Counted from the first letter of the whole stretch, positions 43,389-52,223 are shown. The stretch is DNA of 63,851 bases, filler included, from 4 parts of 4 records of this genome joined end to end with filler, not necessarily neighbours in it, one strand, 5' to 3'. Notes: generated by a model from the sequence alone, not told the origin. Numbers and translations are program-made.

Positions 43389-43475
43389 AAAAAAGCCCTC
43401 ACGAAGAGGGCAATGGGGTCACACTGACAGACAGAGACGTTACAAACAAAAAAGCCCGACAAGATGGCCGGGCTT
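43389..43475 (-). terminator. Tandem terminators in the late leader (tR'-like)
   Basis: Hairpins GCCCGG..CGGGC and GCCCTCTTCGTGAGGGC, each followed by T6 on the minus strand, between the Q-like gene and lysis genes. Confidence 0.7.
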
Positions 43476-43607
43476 CAATCACAACTCTTGCGAGCGTGCC
43501 TAAAAACTATCGTCTGATTCTCACATTCTCAACAGACAAAATGTCCGAAACTGTGGATAAGCAAGCTAAACCACTGAGTAACAAAGAAGAAAAAAAACCG
43601 ACTTTTT

Positions 43608-44135
43608 TCATAAACATCGCGAATTAGCCACTTTACACCGGCTCAACTTGTCCTCCAGTGCAGCCAGCTCAGCATCCACACTCAACTCAGCGCTAGGCCG
43701 CAGAAGCCTCTCCAAGCGCTCATGAACCACATCCAACCGCCTGTACATTGTCGCCAGCGACACACCCAGCAAACCCGCTTTTTCCTCTGGCGAGTGGTAA
43801 TTATCCACGTACACAACCTCAAGCAATCGTCGCCAGTCAGCCCCGAGGTCAGCACAAATCACCTGATCAAGCCGCTGCACATCCGCCGGCATCACCACCT
43901 TGCTTACCCCCTTACCAGGGCGCGTAGCCACCCCGTGCGCCGTTACCCCGCCAGACAAACCAGCACGCAACACCGCCGCACGCTTGCGATCATTCCCGCG
44001 CCTTCGCGCCCGGCTTGGCTCCATCACCACCACCTGCGCGCTGCCACTTGGGTACCCCAAGCCAGCCAAATCACACCCACCTAAGCGATACGCCTCTGCC
44101 CAGCGCACCAACAACCGATCAATCCACGCGATCAT
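43608..44135 (-). CDS. Late antiterminator Q-like protein
   Basis: IDRLLVRWA, LGYP, C-terminal HTH (KAGLLGVSLATMYRRLD); position upstream of lysis genes. Confidence 0.7.
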   Translation of the reverse strand: MIAWIDRLLVRWAEAYRLGGCDLAGLGYPSGSAQVVVMEPSRARRRGNDRKRAAVLRAGLSGGVTAHGVATRPGKGVSKVVMPADVQRLDQVICADLGADWRRLLEVVYVDNYHSPEEKAGLLGVSLATMYRRLDVVHERLERLLRPSAELSVDAELAALEDKLSRCKVANSRCL

Positions 44136-44144
44136 GCCTCACCC

Positions 44145-44336
44145 CTATGCAGCAATAGCGGCCAGCAAGCGCGCCTTCGCGCCCGCCGCCACACACTCAA
44201 ACACCGACCACTCAGCATCAGTCATCACCAAGCCGTCATCAATCGCACGCTCCACAAGGTCCATCGCCACGCTCAACTCCTCTGAAGACCGCACCTTACT
44301 GACCAACAAACACAGCACCTCAAAACCCATCATCAC
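44145..44336 (-). CDS. Hypothetical phage protein
   Basis: Translationally coupled 63-aa ORF. Confidence 0.55.
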   Translation of the reverse strand: MMMGFEVLCLLVSKVRSSEELSVAMDLVERAIDDGLVMTDAEWSVFECVAAGAKARLLAAIAA

Positions 44337-44899
44337 AAACCACTCCGCATAGCCTTGATTACCGAATCACGCGCCGCTTTCGCCCGCGCCCTTGCCTTGC
44401 CATCAGTTAGCCGCAAACGACGCTCAGCCAGCTCCGCATCCAGCTCAGCACTGCGCTTAGCCATTACCCGCTGCTGCCAGCCAGCATCGTTGCCCTTGCC
44501 ATCAACATTCCGCGGATCATTGCCCAGGCACAGCGCCCTAAACTCAATGGCTCCTGGCGGCCACTGTGGGTAACACTCGGCGCACCGCCGCAAACCCTCA
44601 GCCAACTGCTCGCCACTCAACCCAGCCAGCGAGCCAATCCACACATCGTTAGGCTCATCGCCAAACTGGCTGGCAAATTTATACCCGTAAGCCTGACTCA
44701 TCTTCGGCCACAACTTCGCCGCCAATAGCTCCGCTCTCTGCCTCGCTGGCGGCATGGCGTCGTCGCAACCACTCTTCGGACTTGCGCTCAACTCGGTCAA
44801 CAAGGCTTTCTCGCCCTTTGCCGCCACCTGATCGAACCTTGCTTGCTTCATTGCCAACCTCCTGCTTCCACTGCCAGCCATAGCGTCGCCACTGACCAA
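44333..44899 (-). CDS. Replication protein P-like
   Basis: LWPKMSQAYGYKFASQFG...W...WPPGAIEFRALC; true start probably downstream of 44899. Confidence 0.65.
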   Translation of the reverse strand: MVSGDAMAGSGSRRLAMKQARFDQVAAKGEKALLTELSASPKSGCDDAMPPARQRAELLAAKLWPKMSQAYGYKFASQFGDEPNDVWIGSLAGLSGEQLAEGLRRCAECYPQWPPGAIEFRALCLGNDPRNVDGKGNDAGWQQRVMAKRSAELDAELAERRLRLTDGKARARAKAARDSVIKAMRSGL

Positions 44900-45653
44900 T
44901 CACGTAATTCACAAAATGCGAAGACCACGAATGCCGAACCTCGCCTCGGTCCCGCCAATAAATTCGATAGCTCGGCAACTTCTCCTGAGCAAACACCGGG
45001 TCAACGCCCTGCGCTCGCAGAATGTCCCACGTCTCAGAACAAGGCTCCCACTGATCAACCGATGTTTTTCCATGAACAGGCGCACCCAAACCCGAGGGCG
45101 AAGCCTCGCGCGCGTTATTATTATTACTTAACGGATATACGGAGGTATGGGGTTCATCCACCGGATTTGGTGCGGCGTCATCTATGGCGCTGCCGACGCT
45201 GCAAGATGCGCTAAAAGCCCTGTTTTGCTGGCTTTTATTTGATTTTTGCTTTGCTGTTGCGTTTGGGGTTCCACCTATGGGGTTCATATGGGGTTCCTCA
45301 TTTAGGCGGAGCTTGGCATCGCAATCAGCAAGCGGCAGCTTGAATACCAGCGGATCATTGCGCCTCTTTTTAGGCAGGCGTAAAAGTAGTCCCGACCTCA
45401 CTAGACGCTCCACCTCATTGCGAACCTCATCCTTGGTTGGCGTGTAGCGCGCACCTAAGCGGCTCCCCCTGTCAGGCTCATATTCCAGAAGCTCGCGAAA
45501 ACCTTGCAAAGATATTCGGCGGCGCACGCCAACAACTCCGCTGGCGTAATCCATGTAGGGGCGCAGGCCTAACATGTAAAGCACACGGGCAGAGCTAGGC
45601 ATGCCATTTAGCGCCTCCTGCTCTGCCTCAGTAAGCCGTATGTGCAACGTCAT
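44679..45653 (-). CDS. Phage replication initiator with DnaT-like ssDNA-binding domain
   Basis: N-terminal wHTH-like region; WEP...YRIYW....WSSHFV DnaT-like motif. Confidence 0.7.
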   Translation of the reverse strand: MTLHIRLTEAEQEALNGMPSSARVLYMLGLRPYMDYASGVVGVRRRISLQGFRELLEYEPDRGSRLGARYTPTKDEVRNEVERLVRSGLLLRLPKKRRNDPLVFKLPLADCDAKLRLNEEPHMNPIGGTPNATAKQKSNKSQQNRAFSASCSVGSAIDDAAPNPVDEPHTSVYPLSNNNNAREASPSGLGAPVHGKTSVDQWEPCSETWDILRAQGVDPVFAQEKLPSYRIYWRDRGEVRHSWSSHFVNYVIGQWRRYGWQWKQEVGNEASKVRSGGGKGRESLVDRVERKSEEWLRRRHAASEAESGAIGGEVVAEDESGLRV

Positions 45654-45934
45654 GCGCTCACCTCGGCGTCATTAAAACAGCCGGAATCTTGCGCTATACA
45701 CAATATGCAGCTGCGCGCATCAAGCGACCGGCTGCGAATCACCTCCAGGGCATACCGCAACTCTTCCTGCTGCCAGGCATACTGAATGCCGCTCTCGAGC
45801 CGCAGCGCTACCAAACTGGCTAGCGCCGCAACCTGCAAAAAGCCTTCTTGAGCAAGGCCGTTAACGTCGCGAATAGCCTCATAAAGAGCTTTGGTTTCGG
45901 TTAATCCGGACGGATTTAGGGTGGGGTTTTCCAT
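45650..45934 (-). CDS. Hypothetical protein downstream of c4-like RNA
   Basis: ATG at 45934 with a GAGG RBS overlapping the a2 target site; coupled to the replication gene. Confidence 0.65.
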   Translation of the reverse strand: MENPTLNPSGLTETKALYEAIRDVNGLAQEGFLQVAALASLVALRLESGIQYAWQQEELRYALEVIRSRSLDARSCILCIAQDSGCFNDAEVSA

Positions 45935-45987
45935 AGTGACGACCTCGTACTTTCCGAAGAATCCGCCACCATTGAGACCAATCAATA

Positions 45988-46063
45988 GGGTGGCGGGCTG
46001 AACAGAGTTGGTCTTACCGGTACGAGAACGGCGCGCCGAAGCGCCTCTGAGCAACCCGCCATA
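45988..46063 (-). ncRNA. c4-type antisense RNA (P1 c4 / P4 CI family; overlaps an 'ash'-like ORF)
   Basis: TGGCGGG...CCCGCCA closing stem with GCGC-TTCG-GCGC arm; segments CTCGTAC and AGACCAA are complementary to flanking GTACGAG and TTGGTCT copies on both sides. Confidence 0.85.
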
Positions 46064-46157
46064 AATCGCAGGCACAAAAAAAGCGCTTCGAATGAGCGCC
46101 TTTGCGCTCGTACTAGGGAGACCAATCCCTGAGCCAGATTTTGCTGGCACAGGCGCA

Positions 46158-46186
46158 AACTTACGATAATTATTCGCGCTTGGCAA
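46158..46186 (-). promoter_or_regulatory. Putative sigma70 promoter for the c4 module
   Basis: TTGCCA-17 bp-TAAGTT on the minus strand. Confidence 0.5.
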
Positions 46187-46191
46187 CTTTG

Positions 46192-46458
46192 CTAAGCGCA
46201 CAACCGCACCTCCGCATCCGTCTCTAGCAGCAGCATGGACTTCTCCACACTGCCCATCAGCAGCTGCACCTCAAGCGCACTCAGCCCATTCGCCGACGCC
46301 GCCTTACCCAGGGCGTCGTACACCACCTCGAGCCGGTTCATCGCCACAGTCTTGTACAACTGATAGGCCAGCCGCTCTTTATCCAACTGCGCCTGCAAGG
46401 CCTCCACCGTATTCAGCGCGCCCTCAAGCACGCGCGGGTCACTCTCTTCAACACTCAC
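46192..46458 (-). CDS. Hypothetical phage protein
   Basis: Coupled ORF in the cro operon. Confidence 0.6.
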   Translation of the reverse strand: MSVEESDPRVLEGALNTVEALQAQLDKERLAYQLYKTVAMNRLEVVYDALGKAASANGLSALEVQLLMGSVEKSMLLLETDAEVRLCA

Positions 46459-46789
46459 TGGCAGCCTCCAAACGCTTCACGCTTCGACGCAAATCCTCTG
46501 CACCATGCCGTCGCACCGCCGCCTCGGTAATCGCCTGCGCCGCTCGCTCAGTGAGCGCCGCCGCCTCCGCATCGAGGGTGTCAGCCAATTCAGTGATTGC
46601 CGCCAACGCCGGATCGCTATCTTCGTCGATCACCCGCGCATCACCGTACTGAACGAAGTTCACCGCACCACTGGGCTCTCGGCTCCGATACTCACCGCCG
46701 GCATCGCCCAGGAATGGCACGGCCTGCCCTACTAACTCGGCATACCACCGCATTGGGTCGACGCACTGCGTAATTAGCAGCCGCATCAA
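46448..46789 (-). CDS. Hypothetical phage protein
   Basis: LLITQC.DP.RWYA..VG; C-terminal coiled coil. Confidence 0.65.
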   Translation of the reverse strand: MMRLLITQCVDPMRWYAELVGQAVPFLGDAGGEYRSREPSGAVNFVQYGDARVIDEDSDPALAAITELADTLDAEAAALTERAAQAITEAAVRRHGAEDLRRSVKRLEAASEC

Positions 46790-46989
46790 AACACCCCGCG
46801 CCGCTTCGCCGTATCCATGGCATCCTCAACAGCCTGAATGCGCTCGTTTTGCCTTGCCCACGCCAATGTTCGCGCCGCATGCCCTGTTGCCTGCAAATCC
46901 GGCCAAAGCGAAATATCATGTAACGCCGCAAGCGACCTCGCGCACGTCGCCGCGGAGGCCCTAAGTGGTTTTTTCGCCAGGTTTGTCAT
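46786..46989 (-). CDS. Hypothetical phage protein
   Basis: 4-bp overlaps with both neighbours. Confidence 0.55.
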   Translation of the reverse strand: MTNLAKKPLRASAATCARSLAALHDISLWPDLQATGHAARTLAWARQNERIQAVEDAMDTAKRRGVF

Positions 46990-47273
46990 ACGGCCTCCGC
47001 CATCAATTCAACCGCGCAATACACCTCAGCAGGCTCGCTGCCGTGCGCCTTCCGCTCCGGGTCCAAACAGCTACCTACATGCTTTGCAAGCCCCTTTCGA
47101 CAAAGCTGCCGAATGGCGTTCTGCACCGTGCCGTTGTGAACATTGCCGCCCAGCCCCATTCGCACCTCGTAAGGCGTAGCGCCCTCCGGGTATTTCAATA
47201 GCTGCCGATACACCCGCCGCTGTGCGGGAGTAGTAAGTTGAGACGTCGTCATGCGCCCTCCTTGGTTGTCCAA
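46986..47273 (-). CDS. Winged-helix DNA-binding protein (cII position)
   Basis: LTTPAQRRVY...TPYEV...TVQNAIRQLCRKGL; start probably at MTTSQ. Confidence 0.6.
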   Translation of the reverse strand: MDNQGGRMTTSQLTTPAQRRVYRQLLKYPEGATPYEVRMGLGGNVHNGTVQNAIRQLCRKGLAKHVGSCLDPERKAHGSEPAEVYCAVELMAEAV

Positions 47274-47355
47274 AAATACGTAGAAACGCCACCACGAATT
47301 AGCGAACCGCTATTCAGGGACTGACGAAATTCGGTGGGATTGGGGTAAAGTAGAC

Positions 47356-47580
47356 TCATGCTGCTTCATCGGGTGATGACGAAGCCGGTACGGTTTTAAC
47401 TGCTGACAGCAACCGGGGCAAAGCTATTCCCGTGTCCACGCTGATTTCGGCAACTAAGGCCCTAGGGATGCCCCGCGATCGCCAGTTGTAAACACCCATT
47501 GGCTGCTGATAACCAAAGCGCTCTTGCACGCCTTTAACGCCGCCATAGCACGAGATAACTTCGTCAATTATTTCATTCAT
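47356..47580 (-). CDS. cro: Cro-like repressor
   Basis: YGGVKGVQERFG...VYNWRSRGIP; divergent from the cI-like gene. Confidence 0.8.
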   Translation of the reverse strand: MNEIIDEVISCYGGVKGVQERFGYQQPMGVYNWRSRGIPRALVAEISVDTGIALPRLLSAVKTVPASSSPDEAA

Positions 47581-47588
47581 TCAAAAAG

Positions 47589-47646
47589 TAAAACACGATG
47601 TTTTACTTAATGCAACACATTGTTTTAAGTAAAACCTGATGTTTTA
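47589..47646. promoter_or_regulatory. OR-like triple operator
   Basis: 17-bp sites TAAAACACGATGTTTTA (47589), TGCAACACATTGTTTTA (47611), TAAAACCTGATGTTTTA (47630). Confidence 0.85.
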
Positions 47647-47661
47647 TGTGAAAATCATGCG

Positions 47662-48051
47662 ATGAAAAAAGATAGAATCAGCCGAATAGAAGAATGGCGA
47701 CAGGATCAGGGCTTTAGCAAAGCTGATCTTGCGCGCTATTTTGGTGTTGATAGCCAGACGTACAACAACTGGACCTACCGCAACAGCCTTCCGAAAGAGT
47801 ATTACGACAGGGCTGAGCAAATTCTCTCTGGCAATGTCTCCGCTACCCGAGAAGGCAGAAAAACAATCTTAGCCGCCAAGCCACTAGAAGTAAGAGAAAG
47901 CTCTTGGACTTATGGCAACAATAAACAAAAATTTGACCTCAGCTCCCTCGACGAGCAAGAACTTGCAGAAGTAATGATCGCGGCGCTGTCTTCCCTCTCC
48001 CCTGCTGGTCGAAAGGCAATTCTTCAGGCGCTGATTGACGAGCTTCTATAA
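47662..48051 (+). CDS. CI-like XRE HTH repressor (no S24 peptidase domain)
   Basis: SKADLARYFGVDSQTYNNW HTH; 129 aa. Confidence 0.8.
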   Translation: MKKDRISRIEEWRQDQGFSKADLARYFGVDSQTYNNWTYRNSLPKEYYDRAEQILSGNVSATREGRKTILAAKPLEVRESSWTYGNNKQKFDLSSLDEQELAEVMIAALSSLSPAGRKAILQALIDELL

Positions 48052-48420
48052 ACTCCTCCGCAAAGCGCGACAAAACCTTTTTATCTTCATCAGAAAGCTG
48101 CTCAATGGCCTTATGAAGAGCTGATTCCATTCGTTTTTTCATCTTAATACCTTACCCAAGCGGTTTCCGCGCCACGCTCGTTTTAATCACCCAGGTCGCG
48201 CCATAAAAATACTGTATAAATATCAGGGGTGACAAGCACCATAATCAGAACCGACGTTCAAATCTAATAATTCGCAAAAATAGTCAGAGCCAACAACGTA
48301 ACCCAACCACCAGAGCGCGCAAGTATGGCGGCAGAATTCATTCTACCCACCGCGAGTCGTCGTAATTGCCCGCTGAAATAGCCATATTCACCACTTCAGC
48401 GCCTTAGCTCACATCACCAC

Positions 48421-49182
48421 TTGTGGTATAAGATCAGCAAAAAGGAAAAAACAGGTCGAGGAATGACGATATTTAGAGAGGCCGCTGACACAAAGCAGGC
48501 AAAAAGGCGCCACCGGGTTTCAATGGCAGTAAACTGTGCTTTGCTAACCGCATGGCTGACTGCCTGTGCATCTCCCCAGTACAACTACAGCCCCAACCTA
48601 GAGAACTTCAGCATTCCCGCAGTGGGGTCAATCAATACTGTTGCCGTGGGTGAAAACCTTTTAGCACAAGGAGTCAGCGCTACATCCGAGGCGATCTTTG
48701 TAGCCAAAGAAATAAGCATTGACCACCTGCACCGAATACCTGCAGGGCATTACCTGAAAACTGGCTCCGACAAAAAATACGAAACCTTCCACCCCCTCCC
48801 CGTGGAGCACAATCACAGATATAACAATAAGATTTTCGCGCTGCTGGCACCGATCAACTCGCCAAAGCTCTGCGCCGCGAACTCACTAGGGGCAATGCGC
48901 TGCAAGAAGACAAGCGAGATAACACGCAAGTACATAACCATTGATACCGAAAAGACCTTTCAGCAAACGCTTATTTACAATGGGCGCATAAACAACGAGA
49001 TAAAAATCTCGTACCGGGAAAGCGCCAAAGGATTCGCCAGACCAGCCTTTGGCAACGATGCAACCTACGACACAACCATTTCGCCCATCATTGCCTACAA
49101 GGGCGCACGAATCGAAGTCATCCAAGCCGACAACGAAAAGATCACATACAAGGTGCTCAGTAATTTTGTAGAACCCTACTAG
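48421..49182 (+). CDS. Putative lipoprotein (moron)
   Basis: Lipobox LTAC; FQQTLIYNG, YRE, ARPAF, YKGARIEVI; start probably near MAVNC. Confidence 0.7.
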   Translation: MWYKISKKEKTGRGMTIFREAADTKQAKRRHRVSMAVNCALLTAWLTACASPQYNYSPNLENFSIPAVGSINTVAVGENLLAQGVSATSEAIFVAKEISIDHLHRIPAGHYLKTGSDKKYETFHPLPVEHNHRYNNKIFALLAPINSPKLCAANSLGAMRCKKTSEITRKYITIDTEKTFQQTLIYNGRINNEIKISYRESAKGFARPAFGNDATYDTTISPIIAYKGARIEVIQADNEKITYKVLSNFVEPY

Positions 49183-49221
49183 CACCCATAATTACACCAC
49201 CTCACTCAAGGAAGAGAGATC

Positions 49222-49869
49222 ATGCAGAGCAACCCAACGGTTCACGCAAGAATAAACGCCGCAGTGCGCCAAACCCGCGACATTAGCGAGCTCATCGGTG
49301 TCTGCAAAGGCGTGTTAGCAGATGGTATAGTGAATTTTGCGGAAGCCGCGTTCATGCTTCAGTGGCTGGAAATGCACAAAGAGTGCCTTGATATTTGGCC
49401 CGCATCGGAGCTCTACACCACGCTAGATACGCTGATAGAAGACGGCCGGCTAAGTAACGACGAAGAGCGCCAACTACTCAGCACACTAATCGGTATTACC
49501 GGCGTGCAAGTAGACCTCAGCACCAATGACACCGAACCGCAGTACGCGCAGACCAGCAGCGAGCTCCCACTCCACGAACCAACTGACGGCCTCATCTTTC
49601 AAGACCGCAACTTCTGCCTGACCGGCACCTTTGAATACGGCACGCGCGCCCAATGCGAAAAACTGGTGGCTGAGCGTGGTGGACTCACACAGAAAGCCCC
49701 TACCAAAAAAACGCATTACCTGGTCATTGGCAACATAGGCAGCCGCGACTGGGCGCACAGTAGCTTTGGCAGGAAAATTCAAAAGGCGGCGGAAATGCGC
49801 CGCGACGACCACGATATTTACATCGTGAGCGAAACATTTTTTACCTCACAGTTAACGGTGTCGCGATGA
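49222..49869 (+). CDS. BRCT-domain protein with N-terminal helical domain
   Basis: ELIGVCKGVLADG..N..EA; FCLTGTF..GTR, THYLVIG, WAHSSFGRKI.KA. Confidence 0.85.
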   Translation: MQSNPTVHARINAAVRQTRDISELIGVCKGVLADGIVNFAEAAFMLQWLEMHKECLDIWPASELYTTLDTLIEDGRLSNDEERQLLSTLIGITGVQVDLSTNDTEPQYAQTSSELPLHEPTDGLIFQDRNFCLTGTFEYGTRAQCEKLVAERGGLTQKAPTKKTHYLVIGNIGSRDWAHSSFGRKIQKAAEMRRDDHDIYIVSETFFTSQLTVSR

Positions 49870-50315
49870 ATGAGATAACCCACTTAAAGAAAATGTGGAA
49901 ACCGCGAGCCAAAAGATCGGCGAAGACCATTGCAGACCCAGTCAGCTTGAAGGGCCTTGAGGGTTCACTGAGCAACGATCATTGGGCGTTTAATGTGACA
50001 TACGCCTTCCGTGATGCACTCGACATTCGCTATGACATGCGGGTCATCAACAAAAGAAAGACCCCGCTATGGACGCAAGGCCCCCTTATAGGCTTCAAAG
50101 ATGGAGATTTAATTCACACAAGGGACAAGCATCGCACGGTTCAAGTTAGATTCGCCCAACCCATGGGCTGGGACAGAGACAAAAACTGCATGTATACCGG
50201 CAGCGTCGTCTTTACCGAATTCAATATTCAAGAAGGTAGGCCAACGGAAATCGCACAGCACACCTGTACCCAGATGGAGTTCCTTGAACTCTTAATATCA
50301 GGTCAGATGCCATAG
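49866..50315 (+). CDS. Hypothetical protein
   Basis: ATGA-coupled to the BRCT gene. Confidence 0.65.
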   Translation: MNEITHLKKMWKPRAKRSAKTIADPVSLKGLEGSLSNDHWAFNVTYAFRDALDIRYDMRVINKRKTPLWTQGPLIGFKDGDLIHTRDKHRTVQVRFAQPMGWDRDKNCMYTGSVVFTEFNIQEGRPTEIAQHTCTQMEFLELLISGQMP

Positions 50316-50332
50316 CGGCACAATAACCCCAT

Positions 50333-50360
50333 AAAACCGCCCACCGAGGCGGTTTTTTTA
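50333..50360 (+). terminator. Terminator ending the immunity/moron transcript
   Basis: AAAACCGCC-CACCGA-GGCGGTTTTTTT. Confidence 0.85.
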
Positions 50361-50388
50361 TGCCCTCTTATCACCACCCCACAAAAAA

Positions 50389-50430
50389 TAAAACATTTTG
50401 TGTTTACTTTATTAAAACACCGTGTTTTAC
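50389..50430. promoter_or_regulatory. OL-like operator(s) / pL region
   Basis: TAAAACACCGTGTTTTA at 50413-50429 matches the OR consensus; weaker TAAAACA half-site at 50389. Confidence 0.8.
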
Positions 50431-50617
50431 TCTAGTCATTCCAGCAACCCGCACCCATGGCAGATGGGGCGCAGCAGGCAACCAGCGCAGAGCCGCACCC
50501 CTTTTGCGGCGTTTTAACGGCTGGCCAGGCCAATAATCTGCAAGCCGGAATTGAAGTTTTCCATAGCCGGTAGCCCCGCCGGTGGCGACAGAGGGGCAAA
50601 ACTTAAGGAGGAGTTTT

Positions 50618-51040
50618 ATGCACGAGCACACAGAGCAACACCTCAACTACCAGCCAGGCTATCGGCTGGCACCGCGAGAAGGCGAAGCGCTGGTATTAGG
50701 CGCCATCGGCAAAACCACCAAAGAAGCCGCAAAAATCATGAACGTAGCGCCGGCCACCGTGAAGGCCTACCAAGACCGCGCCCGAGAAAAGCTTGGCGCC
50801 AAGAACATTGCCCACGCTGTGAGCATCGCCTGGGAAAAAGGCCTGCTTACCGCAAAGCACCTAATGGTTAGCGCGCTGATCCTGTCAGCCGCCTTCGCAC
50901 CGCTCGACGACAACAGCGACGACCTCCGCAGCAATGGCCGCGTAGTGCGCACGCAGCGCCAAGGCCGCAGCGGCCGCCGTCGCGAGAGAACATTCGACTT
51001 CTTGCCACCCGAAATTCAGCCAGAGGAATTGCCAGCATGA
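50618..51040 (+). CDS. LuxR-type HTH protein with Arg-rich C-terminus
   Basis: LAPREGEAL...GKTTKEAAKIMNVAPATVKAY...KLGAKN; AGGAG RBS. Confidence 0.85.
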   Translation: MHEHTEQHLNYQPGYRLAPREGEALVLGAIGKTTKEAAKIMNVAPATVKAYQDRAREKLGAKNIAHAVSIAWEKGLLTAKHLMVSALILSAAFAPLDDNSDDLRSNGRVVRTQRQGRSGRRRERTFDFLPPEIQPEELPA

Positions 51041-51225
51041 ACCGCTCTCCCCTTACCCGAGGCACCACCAAGAAGCTAGTGGGCAACAGCATCAGCGTTG
51101 AGCGCCAGCTGGCGCACCTGGAGCAACAGCAGAAGCTAATGGGCGCGGTATATGTTCGACGCCCCGGCGACCGCGTCAGCATTGTGTACGCCGAAGTGGC
51201 CAGCCACGGAGCCGCCCACAATTGA
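51037..51225 (+). CDS. Hypothetical phage protein
   Basis: Coupled 62-aa ORF. Confidence 0.55.
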   Translation: MNRSPLTRGTTKKLVGNSISVERQLAHLEQQQKLMGAVYVRRPGDRVSIVYAEVASHGAAHN

Positions 51226-51443
51226 ACCCAGAGCTACAAAGAGTGCTTAGCCTGCTGCATACAACCGCAGAGCGCATGGAAGCCATCGAGCGACGAATGG
51301 GCAGCCTGGAGCGCGGCCTAAGCCGCAACAAACTAACAAGCAAAAGCGCCGAGAAAGAAGTAATGACACTGCGCCAGCAAGTCGCGCACAACAGCGAAAT
51401 GATAACCCTGATTACCAAGGCAACAACGGAGCAAAAACCATGA
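51222..51443 (+). CDS. Coiled-coil phage protein
   Basis: Coupled 73-aa ORF. Confidence 0.55.
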   Translation: MNPELQRVLSLLHTTAERMEAIERRMGSLERGLSRNKLTSKSAEKEVMTLRQQVAHNSEMITLITKATTEQKP

Positions 51444-51754
51444 ACGCAGCACCGTTACCCCTACTGAAATACGTGTGCGAAATGCACAACCTACGCCACC
51501 GCGCAGTGGTAAACCGGCTTAAAAAATCAGGCTACCTCAAAACTGGCGAATTTGGCTTGGTGCCCGACTACGCCAACAGCGCCACCAGCGACCATTTCAT
51601 CACCCGAACCGAGAATTACTGGATCCCCATGCCCGGGGGCAACCGCAAAAACTGCGAGCGCACCGTGATTGCCTGCACACCCGCGGGCCAAGAGCTGGTC
51701 GCCAAACTCTGCGCTGACCTCACCAAGCCAGACCAAAGCAGCGAATGCGCATAG
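51440..51754 (+). CDS. Antirepressor KilAC-like domain protein
   Basis: LKKSGYL....P.....HF......T..TPAGQELV pattern. Confidence 0.6.
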   Translation: MNAAPLPLLKYVCEMHNLRHRAVVNRLKKSGYLKTGEFGLVPDYANSATSDHFITRTENYWIPMPGGNRKNCERTVIACTPAGQELVAKLCADLTKPDQSSECA

Positions 51755-51762
51755 GGGTACGC

Positions 51763-52044
51763 ATGTCACAACACGCACCCAGTACAACCCAAAAAGCCCT
51801 GATCAAAGCGCTAGAGCGCGCCGGCACCGCTACGCAAGCCCAGCTCTGCCAGGCCGTAAACCGGCGCCCCGCCACCGTGTCCGCAGCCATGACCCAGCTA
51901 GAACAAGCGGGGCTCGTTAACGCCACATGGCAAGGCCGCCCACGCGAAAAACATTACCGACTACCCCAAGCCAAGAACGCGCGCCGCATCGCTCGCGGCC
52001 CTTGGATCAACCCTCAATGGATGGAGAAACCGCAATGGCTTTGA
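51763..52044 (+). CDS. MarR-like winged-helix protein
   Basis: [36 protein letters not shown]. Confidence 0.75.
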   Translation: MSQHAPSTTQKALIKALERAGTATQAQLCQAVNRRPATVSAAMTQLEQAGLVNATWQGRPREKHYRLPQAKNARRIARGPWINPQWMEKPQWL

Positions 52045-52223
52045 TACTCACCCGCCGCATTGGCGAAACCCTAATGGTCGGCGACGACGTCACCGTCACC
52101 GTGCTAGGCACCAAAGGCAACCAGGTGCGCCTGGGCGTAAACGCACCCAAGCACATCGCCGTGCACCGCGAGGAAATTTACGAGCGCGTGCAAGCAAACA
52201 CCAACAAGGACACCGCAGCATGA
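52035..52223 (+). CDS. csrA: Carbon storage regulator CsrA/RsmA homologue (phage-encoded)
   Basis: [52 protein letters not shown]. Confidence 0.95.
   Translation: MALILTRRIGETLMVGDDVTVTVLGTKGNQVRLGVNAPKHIAVHREEIYERVQANTNKDTAA

Noticed and set aside
45935-46201. 'Ash'-like N-terminal extension of ORF 45650-46201 as real protein
   Set aside because: It coincides with the c4 RNA and its target sites, and a better RBS and ATG exist at 45934.
47939-48142. 67-aa minus-strand ORF convergent with cI
   Set aside because: It overlaps the cI 3' end by over 100 bp and has no recognisable motif, so it is not supported.
50508-50518. GGCGTTTTAAC, identical to the cassette A core
   Set aside because: No L-box stem or partner core nearby; probably a chance match.
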